64,000 nucleotides of DNA from a virus. The notes under the pieces were generated by a model, which had not been told where the DNA came from, did not search any database, and was given only the letters and a program-made list of their open reading frames with translations. The stretch is from IMG/VR virus record IMGVR_UViG_3300013113_000285, positions 6,863 to 70,862 of that record. The stretch is one strand, 5' to 3'. The position numbers and the translations under genes are program-made. Shown piece by piece: positions 8,203 to 15,820 of this stretch. Position 1 is the stretch's first letter. Every line of letters starts with the position of its first letter.

Positions 8203-8292
8203 TTACATAATAAAAGCGGGCGCTACCCGCTTGGGTTTGCAGCCGTTCTTACAAAGACGAACTGGTTGAATCATCCATTTCTTTACAGCCAT
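8203..8292 (-). CDS. Small 29-aa basic Cys-containing peptide (below ORF-track cutoff)
   Basis: MAVKKWMIQPVRLCKNGCKPKRVAPAFIM; SD-like GAGGTG upstream; fills the gap between two genes. Confidence 0.45.
   Translation of the reverse strand: MAVKKWMIQPVRLCKNGCKPKRVAPAFIM
8208..8232 (-). terminator. Terminator-like hairpin directly upstream of the protease gene
   Basis: AAGCGGG-TAGCG-CCCGCTT followed by TTATTA on the minus strand. Confidence 0.55.
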
Positions 8293-8307
8293 CACAACAC
8301 CTCACTT

Positions 8308-8607
8308 TCACTTTTGACTTATGCTTATCCCATCATCATCAAACACTGTAGAAAGGACATAAGAAGTTGCAGAACTTATACATCCAAGCAAAAATGCCGT
8401 GATAGGACTTTCGTCAAAACTAAATAGTTGGGTGTAGGGGTTTATGCTCCATAAAAATAAACCTACCCAAAAGCCCATACACATAGGACATTTGAATAGT
8501 TCCCCAAGCTTTCCCTTGGTGGGACGAATGGGGTCTAGTATGGAACCATAAATAAGAATCTGAGTGAGCCCAAAGGCTGAAAGTATAAAATAGGTGAGTT
8601 CTAGCAC
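8308..8607 (-). CDS. Small membrane protein with CPMCMGFW motif (DUF1360-like)
   Basis: Three hydrophobic segments, ELFKCPMCMGFWVG, GTG start. Confidence 0.6.
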   Translation of the reverse strand: MLELTYFILSAFGLTQILIYGSILDPIRPTKGKLGELFKCPMCMGFWVGLFLWSINPYTQLFSFDESPITAFLLGCISSATSYVLSTVFDDDGISISQK

Positions 8608-8618
8608 ATAGCCTCTTT

Positions 8619-9158
8619 TCAGTATATTCTGTAATAAGACTTTATTGCTGGGTACTTGGGAACTGTTCCCTTGTTCTTTTCTTGTGGAACCTCTCCAAGT
8701 TCAGTCGAGTCCTCGTCAGAGGGGTTGAGTTCCACGTCGAGGATAGCATCTTCCAATGCGTCGTCGTGTGAATAGTAAGGTTTTTCTTCCTCGATGAACT
8801 TACCAATAGTGTAAAGCACAACTTCTGTTGCGTCAGCACCTATCTTTGACTCTGGATAGGAGCCCTGCATCGAACCATAGACAAAACCAGACTGAACCGA
8901 GTCTATAAGAATGGTTCCCTTTTTACGAAGGAAATCGAATAATCTGTCCTGTGCCGCATAAACATCATCAGACATTTCATTTTTTGGAAGAGCAAGTACC
9001 TGTTTCTTTTCTGGCTGAATGACGATATCCATATCATAATGGTCGTAAATAGCAAAGTTGCCATCTAGTGTTTTACGAAGGACCATCTCCATTCTCGGGT
9101 TGAAAACCATTGCCTTCTTCTCTGGCTCGCCTATCTGAACTTTGATTTCTTCATTCAT
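8619..9158 (-). CDS. Hypothetical acidic head-module protein
   Basis: 179-aa ORF overlapping the end of the upstream gene. Confidence 0.65.
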   Translation of the reverse strand: MNEEIKVQIGEPEKKAMVFNPRMEMVLRKTLDGNFAIYDHYDMDIVIQPEKKQVLALPKNEMSDDVYAAQDRLFDFLRKKGTILIDSVQSGFVYGSMQGSYPESKIGADATEVVLYTIGKFIEEEKPYYSHDDALEDAILDVELNPSDEDSTELGEVPQEKNKGTVPKYPAIKSYYRIY

Positions 9159-9981
9159 TGTTCTCTACCTCACGTACAAGCTCTTGAACCTGCATAATCT
9201 TTTTGATAGACTTTTCATCCAACTTCGTGTTCTTCAATCCGTCAAGGAAATCGATAACTTCTTGAGTCTTTGCAACCATATGTTCGTCGTTCCTCACTTC
9301 TTCTAACTGAAGAGACATATTGACTCTCTCTCGGAGCCTCTCAATCTCATCATTGAGATAAGTATTCAGAGACACGCCGTTGTCCGAAACAGAAAAGATA
9401 TATCGAGAAACAACCTTCTGTTGTTCTTCGTGAAGCTTTCCTGCATAAGTCTTATTGAACTTGTTAGTGAAAGTCTTATACGCAATAGAATCAATGTGCT
9501 CCATAATCTCTTTCTCTGTCTTGAGTTCCGCCCTAGTCATCTCTTCAAGGATTCTGTCCTCAAGTAAAATCTTTTCTTCCACGGGAACACTTTCTGAAAA
9601 GAGTTGTGCGATGGTAGCCATAGTCTTGTAGTTTGGGACAAAGTTTGAATAAACACCTTGACCCAACTCTACGTTTATTTTCTTGATAAGTTTCGATTGC
9701 TCTGTGAAAACTCTTCCCCTATCGAGCCTATCTCTATCTCGGCGGACTTCTGAGAGGATTCTTCTTGCAAAGCCTTCTTCTGCCTCTTTCAAGTTGATAA
9801 GTGTCTTGTAAGTTTGCAAATCTTTATAAAGAACACCTCTTTTTTGAAAATGCCTTTTGATGATTCTTGCAATCTTTACCTGGCGTTCATCGTTGTTCTC
9901 TACAACTGACTTAGCCATCTCTTTAATAAGAGCCTCGAATAAAAAGGCTGTGTTTCTCTTTTTGTTGTGCTTAAACTTCAT
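9151..9981 (-). CDS. Hypothetical helical protein downstream of portal
   Basis: 276 aa, KHNKKRNTAFLFEAL N-terminus, operon position. Confidence 0.65.
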   Translation of the reverse strand: MKFKHNKKRNTAFLFEALIKEMAKSVVENNDERQVKIARIIKRHFQKRGVLYKDLQTYKTLINLKEAEEGFARRILSEVRRDRDRLDRGRVFTEQSKLIKKINVELGQGVYSNFVPNYKTMATIAQLFSESVPVEEKILLEDRILEEMTRAELKTEKEIMEHIDSIAYKTFTNKFNKTYAGKLHEEQQKVVSRYIFSVSDNGVSLNTYLNDEIERLRERVNMSLQLEEVRNDEHMVAKTQEVIDFLDGLKNTKLDEKSIKKIMQVQELVREVENNE

Positions 9982-9988
9982 TGTTGTG

Positions 9989-11896
9989 TTATCCCTTTAA
10001 TTGCTTATTATCTTTCTTCTCAAGTTCTTTCACAAGAGTCTTTACCTGCCATTCAGTAAGCTCTTGATTGACTTCCAGAAGCAATTTTTCTTCATTGTCA
10101 GTGTAAGTAGTTTCCTTACCCTCGTAAATGCCACGAGAAAGCGTCTTTAGGTCAGACATGCCAGGCATTGTGTTTCTTGGAGTAAAGGAGGCGGTTTCAT
10201 CGGACCACTTTGATTTTGTAGAACGCTTTCTAGCGCCTTGTGGTCTAGAGTCAACCTTTTCTGGGTGATATACTTTGCCCTTTGCACCAGGAGTTAGATA
10301 TCCATCACGCTTACCTGGTGCTGCCAAGAGTGCTGAATCTGGCTCATCTCCGCCTTCATCTCCAATATCCCCTTCGAGGTCATCCCCTCCGAGGTCGTCG
10401 CCACCAAGGTCATCTCCACCAAAGTCGCCTCCTCCTCCGCCGCCTTCAGGTGGTGCTTCGCCTGCTGCTTCGATAGCTGCCATGAGCTTAGAGTCGTGAA
10501 ACATTTCTCGTTCAATGCGAGTAACTTCTTCTTCCGTAAGACGGAAAATATTTCTATAAATCCAAGCTTTGGAGAAGTATCCCTCAGTCGCTGTATCTGC
10601 AACTTCAAACTTAGCTCGTAAGTGCTCCAACTCTTGCATAGAAGCAATTTGAGAAGGATTGTTGAGCCTAAGCTTGAACTTAGTCAAGTCTTCGCCACGG
10701 TAGCCAAGAGTATAAAGATGGATAATTCCAACCTTCTCTAATTCTGCCACGACTGAACGCTGAAGTCTTTGAATAGTTCTTGCAAATCGAATATCTTTTT
10801 GTGCGAGAGTAGCCTTGTCTTCATCTGCCCCTTCGCCTCGTGAAAGGTAAGACTGAGGAACCTTGAGTGCCGAGAAGAGCTTGTCTCTCAAGTACTTTAC
10901 GTCGTCGATGTCGCCAGTAAAAGCTCCGCCTGGCAGAGTTTCGATTCTTGTGTTCTCTCCTCCACGAACAGGAACAAAATAATCCTCGTCAATAGAGAGT
11001 GGGTTGTACCGTAAGTCGACTCTACCTGTAGTTGCGTCAACAATTTGATTCTTCTTCATCGTTGTGACAACTTTTTGCATATACTGTTCTACGTCTTGTG
11101 GTGAAATATTACCAACGTCGACATAGAATACTCTTCGCTCTGGTGAGCGAGTAATGCGATAAGACATCATAGCATCTTCAATGAGATGAAGCTGTCGCCA
11201 AATACGGCGAGCAGGCTCCAAGATAGAAGTTCCATAAGGAGCATACTTGTCATTTCCAAGAATACGGAAGTGAGCGACCTGCCAATTCTCAAATGTAAGT
11301 CCAGCAGAGTTCCACTGGTACTGAATGTAGTTAGGGTTAGTTGGGTCTTCACCCTCCATCCTCTCGACCTCTGCTGGTGGAAGAGGAATAAAAGACTTTA
11401 CGCCAATCTTATCATCAATATCAACATAAAGAAAATAGTCTCCGTACTTACACATTGTACGACACCAGCCATAAAGATTGAAATCTACATTCAAGACGTT
11501 ATAATAAAGCGCCTCCAAAGTTGACTTTATCTCCTGGTTAGGGCACTCGATGTTTAACATTCTATTGAGTTCGTTGTGATAGGTCATCTCATCTGCGTAA
11601 ATATCCAATGAAGAAGCGATGATAGGCTCGAATTCCATTTGGTCAAAGTCTACATAACGCTCATTACGAATGCGGTTAGACATAGCATCGCTTGTAATAA
11701 CCTCGAATGGATTATACTGACTTTTCTGGAACTGCTTTCCAGAAGCAGAAGTAAAGCGAGTCGCATAGTTATCTAATGCCTTTCTCTTGAACTTTCTTCT
11801 GTTTTGCTGCCTTCTGTTTACGATAGGACCAGAGAAGAGCCTGGTTAGTCTTTTGAATAGAACTGAATCTTCGTTCTTTATGTTATTGTCTGCCAT
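9989..11896 (-). CDS. Portal vertex protein (T4 gp20-like)
   Basis: LIEDAMMSYRITRSPERRVFYVDVGN, EDYFVPVRG, IETLPGG, DVKYLRDKLFSALKVP and DIRFARTIQRLQ. Confidence 0.95.
   Translation of the reverse strand: MADNNIKNEDSVLFKRLTRLFSGPIVNRRQQNRRKFKRKALDNYATRFTSASGKQFQKSQYNPFEVITSDAMSNRIRNERYVDFDQMEFEPIIASSLDIYADEMTYHNELNRMLNIECPNQEIKSTLEALYYNVLNVDFNLYGWCRTMCKYGDYFLYVDIDDKIGVKSFIPLPPAEVERMEGEDPTNPNYIQYQWNSAGLTFENWQVAHFRILGNDKYAPYGTSILEPARRIWRQLHLIEDAMMSYRITRSPERRVFYVDVGNISPQDVEQYMQKVVTTMKKNQIVDATTGRVDLRYNPLSIDEDYFVPVRGGENTRIETLPGGAFTGDIDDVKYLRDKLFSALKVPQSYLSRGEGADEDKATLAQKDIRFARTIQRLQRSVVAELEKVGIIHLYTLGYRGEDLTKFKLRLNNPSQIASMQELEHLRAKFEVADTATEGYFSKAWIYRNIFRLTEEEVTRIEREMFHDSKLMAAIEAAGEAPPEGGGGGGDFGGDDLGGDDLGGDDLEGDIGDEGGDEPDSALLAAPGKRDGYLTPGAKGKVYHPEKVDSRPQGARKRSTKSKWSDETASFTPRNTMPGMSDLKTLSRGIYEGKETTYTDNEEKLLLEVNQELTEWQVKTLVKELEKKDNKQLKG
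10376..10432 (-). repeat. Degenerate 15-nt coding repeat (GGDDL x3) in the portal C-terminal tail
   Basis: GGDFGGDDLGGDDLGGDDLEGD in the translation; boundaries approximate. Confidence 0.7.
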
Positions 11897-11901
11897 CTAT
11901 T

Positions 11902-13479
11902 TTACCCCTTAAAAAGACCAGGGAAGTTGGTCATTATTTCTTTCATTTGTCGAACACCGTCTGGTTTTCCATAGTTTACCATACCTGGTACTGCTGTGTT
12001 AAGTTTAGTTTTAGAAGTCGACATTGCGTTCAACAACGCCTTCTTGTATTCTGCGTCTCTCTGGTTAGAAACCAAAGCAGTATCTCTTACCCAACAAGCA
12101 ATAGCCATAGACATCACAAGGTCATCATTATAACCTCGCATAGCCTCGGGTTTACCATTGTTCCAGACAAACGTCTTTAATTCATTATAAAGACGATTTG
12201 ATGCGATAGTAATTAGGTCATTTCTTATAAATTCTTCTAACTTGGCAATAATAAGAGGACGAGTCTTCATCGAAGTGGTAAAACCCAATACCGCCCTACT
12301 GTTGGAACTTGCTGCCGATGAATCTACAAACTCGTGAGTTGACTTGACCGAATAGTAGAGATTTGGATAGCCCGTTTCCTCTAGCTTAGTAAGAACTGCA
12401 TATCCAACATTATTGTTTTCCACTACAAGTAAACAACCGCCATAAGTCTTGCCAGCATCGGCAAGGAACATAGCATAAGTGTCTAAATCAACTTTGCCTT
12501 GGTATTCTGCTGCCTGTGTCATCTGAGTTACATTTATAACCTGAAATGCTGAGTAGTCTTTGCCATCTCCTCGTGCAACGTCTGCTACGAGTAGGTAAGA
12601 TTGCGTTGGGTCGAAGTCTTCCCAAATATAATAGTTTCTATCAAAGCCTGCTTTGTGGTTTGGGTCACAAATAGTTTTAGACATTTTTTCAATATCCTCG
12701 GTGTGAATAACTGTTTCACCCGACATATTGAAGTTACACTCCAACTCTTGTGCGATTTGCCTGCGAGACATATTTCTAGTCTCTTTATCAAACCAAGCAT
12801 CATCTCTATCTGGGTGGACGTCCCAAGGAAGGCAAGTTGGCTTGAAGTCGTTATTCTCTTCTTCTGCATCAACATAAGTTTGATGAAACCAGTTTCCGAC
12901 GCCGTTTGGAGTTGAAAGGGCGATGCAGCGACCACCAGTAGATAGTGTAGGATAGAGACCAGTCCATAGCTCGTCAAGACCTTCGACGTGCGCTGCCTCG
13001 TCAATAACCAAAAGGGACAATGCCTCTGAACGACCAGCGTCTGATGAAGTGGATGTTGCTTTGATTTGTGAGCCGTTAGATAACTCAAATGAAGTTCTAT
13101 TATCGACAGAGATGTTTGCGATACGCATCCAGTCAGGAACATTCCTCATTATGTTCTTTACCTTCTTTACCAAGTTTGCTGCTGTGCCGAACTTTGTAGC
13201 CATAACAAGAACATTTTTATCTTTGTGAAAAAGCATCATCCAAACAACATAGCCTGCTGTTACAGTTGAAATACCCAACTGACGTGCCTTTAGAATAACA
13301 TTGAAGCGATGGTCGTTGAAGTCTCGCAATAAATCGTCCTGAAAGTCATAAGTCCTAAACGGAATAGACCCGTGCATTGGATGTGAAATCTTTGCATAGT
13401 TGTTTAGGAAATAAACTGGGTCTTTGCCGCATTGAACGATTTCTGATAAAATCTTTTTCTTGGTGAGTTGGTAGGTCAT
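11902..13479 (-). CDS. terL: Terminase large subunit (T4 gp17-like)
   Basis: DPVYF N-terminus, Walker A KARQLGIS, Walker B LLVIDEAA, STPNG, QELEC, nuclease DVARGDGKDYS and NDDLVMS. Confidence 0.95.
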   Translation of the reverse strand: MTYQLTKKKILSEIVQCGKDPVYFLNNYAKISHPMHGSIPFRTYDFQDDLLRDFNDHRFNVILKARQLGISTVTAGYVVWMMLFHKDKNVLVMATKFGTAANLVKKVKNIMRNVPDWMRIANISVDNRTSFELSNGSQIKATSTSSDAGRSEALSLLVIDEAAHVEGLDELWTGLYPTLSTGGRCIALSTPNGVGNWFHQTYVDAEEENNDFKPTCLPWDVHPDRDDAWFDKETRNMSRRQIAQELECNFNMSGETVIHTEDIEKMSKTICDPNHKAGFDRNYYIWEDFDPTQSYLLVADVARGDGKDYSAFQVINVTQMTQAAEYQGKVDLDTYAMFLADAGKTYGGCLLVVENNNVGYAVLTKLEETGYPNLYYSVKSTHEFVDSSAASSNSRAVLGFTTSMKTRPLIIAKLEEFIRNDLITIASNRLYNELKTFVWNNGKPEAMRGYNDDLVMSMAIACWVRDTALVSNQRDAEYKKALLNAMSTSKTKLNTAVPGMVNYGKPDGVRQMKEIMTNFPGLFKG

Positions 13480-13496
13480 CTAAGACTCTGCTTTCT

Positions 13497-13868
13497 TTAT
13501 GATGGCTCGCCTACGAAGCCTGCGTCGATGTTATCAACGACTTTAAGCAACAACGATTTGAGTTGCTCGTTAGGGACGCCGCTGTCATGAAGCTCATTCA
13601 TCAAATCTTCGATTTTAGTTTCACCGTATTCCAGAAGGGACTCAAGTCGATTTTCGTTCATCTCTTGGCTACCCAATTCTCTTATTTCTTGACCGATGAT
13701 GAGAGCGATTTCTTCGCCTGATAACTCATAGTCACGCTCTGCCTTTTGAATAAGGTTCTTGATGTCGTTACGAAGATACTTTCGGAATACTTCTTCAATG
13801 TTCTCATTCCTGTAAAGCTGAACTTCTTCTTGAATGATTTCTTTTAGTCTTGCTTTTGAAATCTTCAT
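13497..13868 (-). CDS. Hypothetical acidic protein, possible internal head protein
   Basis: MKISKARLKEIIQEE N-terminus, several L/I-x-E sites. Confidence 0.55.
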   Translation of the reverse strand: MKISKARLKEIIQEEVQLYRNENIEEVFRKYLRNDIKNLIQKAERDYELSGEEIALIIGQEIRELGSQEMNENRLESLLEYGETKIEDLMNELHDSGVPNEQLKSLLLKVVDNIDAGFVGEPS

Positions 13869-14401
13869 TATCCGTCCTTCCTTTTGTCGTTAGGTGCTTT
13901 GCCCTTTCTTCCAAGCTCAAGCCATTTCTTGATTGCATCGTCAACATTATCGACTGAAGGTTCGCCAACAGCAACAACTGCTTCACCGAAACCGCCAATC
14001 TTATAAGGTTTGGTTGCCTGGACCCAGCATCGGTGAGCACCGACTGTCTGGACGATAGCATCTACATCAGCATCCGAAGAAAGAGTGAGTGCTGAACCAG
14101 TAACCTTTTTGTATTCTTTTTTGAGGAAAGAAGAGATGTCAGCCATCATCTGCTCTAAGTCAGATTCAAAACCCTTATCCTTTGCTTCCTTCATAGTGAC
14201 TTCTGCGTGATACTTAATCATAAGTGTATCGCCAGCCATCTGAACTTTGAAGCCATCCATTACTCGCTTATCAGTAATATCAACTTCTTCTTCTCGCTTC
14301 AAACCAATCTTTACTGGTTCTCCGTTTTCATCCATTGCGCCGTCATAGGCGTTAGCCATAACTTGCGAAATGCCTCTTACGATTTCTAATACATCAGCCA
14401 T
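13868..14401 (-). CDS. Hypothetical protein
   Basis: Start re-assigned to MADVLEIVRG (ATG 14401, SD AGGAG), directly after the upstream stop. Confidence 0.65.
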   Translation of the reverse strand: MADVLEIVRGISQVMANAYDGAMDENGEPVKIGLKREEEVDITDKRVMDGFKVQMAGDTLMIKYHAEVTMKEAKDKGFESDLEQMMADISSFLKKEYKKVTGSALTLSSDADVDAIVQTVGAHRCWVQATKPYKIGGFGEAVVAVGEPSVDNVDDAIKKWLELGRKGKAPNDKRKDG

Positions 14402-14402
14402 T

Positions 14403-14795
14403 TTATTTCTCCTTGTTTGGACGCCAGCCAGTCTTCCACCTGTCCTCACGACCTTCAACATAATCTACGTAGCAGTTGAAACAGCACTCGAACTTGCTCA
14501 TGTATAAGTCGTCCTGCTTATTGAATGAATAAGTGGAACAAACGGGGCAAGTCCTATTACTATCCTTCATAAGTAGTTTCTTAGTGATAAAAACACCTTC
14601 CGCTACTTCTACTTTATCTAACTTGCCTTCAGCCTCTCTTTGCTTTAGAGCCGCCAAACGAAGTTTTTCCAAGTGTTCTTCTTCTTGCTCGTCAGTCCAA
14701 CCTTGGGCTGGAGACTTGACAGCCTCTTCTCCATACTTCTCTTTTATCTGCTTTTCTATCTTAGCAATTAAGTCCCAGTTTTTCTTTTCAGTCAT
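14403..14795 (-). CDS. Hypothetical Zn-finger protein
   Basis: Start re-assigned to MTEKKNW (ATGA overlap with upstream gene); CPVC...CCFNC motif. Confidence 0.65.
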   Translation of the reverse strand: MTEKKNWDLIAKIEKQIKEKYGEEAVKSPAQGWTDEQEEEHLEKLRLAALKQREAEGKLDKVEVAEGVFITKKLLMKDSNRTCPVCSTYSFNKQDDLYMSKFECCFNCYVDYVEGREDRWKTGWRPNKEK

Positions 14796-15217
14796 TTGTT
14801 CACCGCATAAGTTATTCCAATAGTTGTAGCCACACCAAGCGCAAAAGAAGCAATAGCAACAATGGGTGTGAACCAAGAGTTGTTATGCTCTTCTATTACT
14901 TCTTCTAACTTGCTTATTCTTCTGTTTTTTACCTCGACAAATTGTTTCAACCCTTCTACCTCAGCATTGAGAATCTTCTTGTCTTTTTGACATAGAAGGT
15001 CTATTTCTCCTTTTTCCAACTTGCACTTATTAGCGCAAAGCTCGACCTCTAAGCGGAGGTCTGCTTCTATCTTGGAAAGCGCACCTTGAGTTAGCAAAAT
15101 GCCCGTGAAGGGTGCTTTCTCGCCCTTCTTGAGCCCTGTTATCTTTAGTTCTTGACTTATAGCATAGCTAGGTAGAAAAGTCAAGCATAAACTTATAAAA
15201 ATGCTTAATAGTTTCAT
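14792..15217 (-). CDS. Membrane-anchored periplasmic coiled-coil protein (spanin-like)
   Basis: N-terminal signal peptide, heptad-rich middle, C-terminal transmembrane helix. Confidence 0.5.
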   Translation of the reverse strand: MKLLSIFISLCLTFLPSYAISQELKITGLKKGEKAPFTGILLTQGALSKIEADLRLEVELCANKCKLEKGEIDLLCQKDKKILNAEVEGLKQFVEVKNRRISKLEEVIEEHNNSWFTPIVAIASFALGVATTIGITYAVNK

Positions 15218-15583
15218 TTACACCCTTTCAAGGTTGAACCTTTTGGCGAAGTCATCAGCGATTTCTTCTATTGGTTTTTCTTCGTTCTTTTTTATGGTTT
15301 CCATAAGCTTGGCTCTATTCTCGAACTTTATTTCTTCTTCTTTCATTTTATGCTTTTCCTGAAGAAGTTGCAAGGACTTTTTATAGTCTTCGAGAATTTT
15401 CTTTTCTTTCTCTCTTCTTTCTTCGAGAAGTTTGAGTTGTGCCTCATAGTCTTCTCTCTGTGCCTTCATCATTTCCTTCAGGCTTGTCTTTCCTTGACTG
15501 CCTGCGAAATAACTAACAATAACTAAAAGAGCAGCGAAAGGAACAACCCAGTTTGTTTTTAGCCAAATCCAGAACTTCTGCAT
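15218..15583 (-). CDS. i-spanin-like protein (N-terminal TM plus coiled coil)
   Basis: VVPFAALLVIVSYFA TM followed by a charged coiled coil; follows the holin-like gene. Confidence 0.5.
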   Translation of the reverse strand: MQKFWIWLKTNWVVPFAALLVIVSYFAGSQGKTSLKEMMKAQREDYEAQLKLLEERREKEKKILEDYKKSLQLLQEKHKMKEEEIKFENRAKLMETIKKNEEKPIEEIADDFAKRFNLERV

Positions 15584-15777
15584 TATCCCTTCAAACTCTT
15601 TACTAAATCAACTGCTGCCTGTGAACCAATGTAAACCATTGTAAGCTGCGTCCAGTCCGAAGAAGAAAGAACTCCGTATAATGCTAGTGTTGATGCTGCA
15701 ATCCATGCAAGGAACTTACGAGAGATAAATCTCTCAACGTATTTGTCTGCGAATGCTTTTACTTGCTCTGCCATCAT
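15583..15777 (-). CDS. Putative holin
   Basis: 64 aa, SRKF followed by two hydrophobic helices, basic C-terminus, Met-Met start. Confidence 0.55.
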   Translation of the reverse strand: MMAEQVKAFADKYVERFISRKFLAWIAASTLALYGVLSSSDWTQLTMVYIGSQAAVDLVKSLKG

Positions 15778-15783
15778 ATTATC

Positions 15784-15820
15784 CTCCTAGAGGGGACATG
15801 CCCCTGTAGGAGTAAATAGT
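15784..15820 (-). promoter_or_regulatory. SD-sequestering hairpin plus adjacent late-promoter motif at the holin
   Basis: mRNA sense ACTATTTA-CTCCTA-C-AGGGG-CATGT-CCCCT-C-TAGGAG-GATAAT-ATG. Confidence 0.65.
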
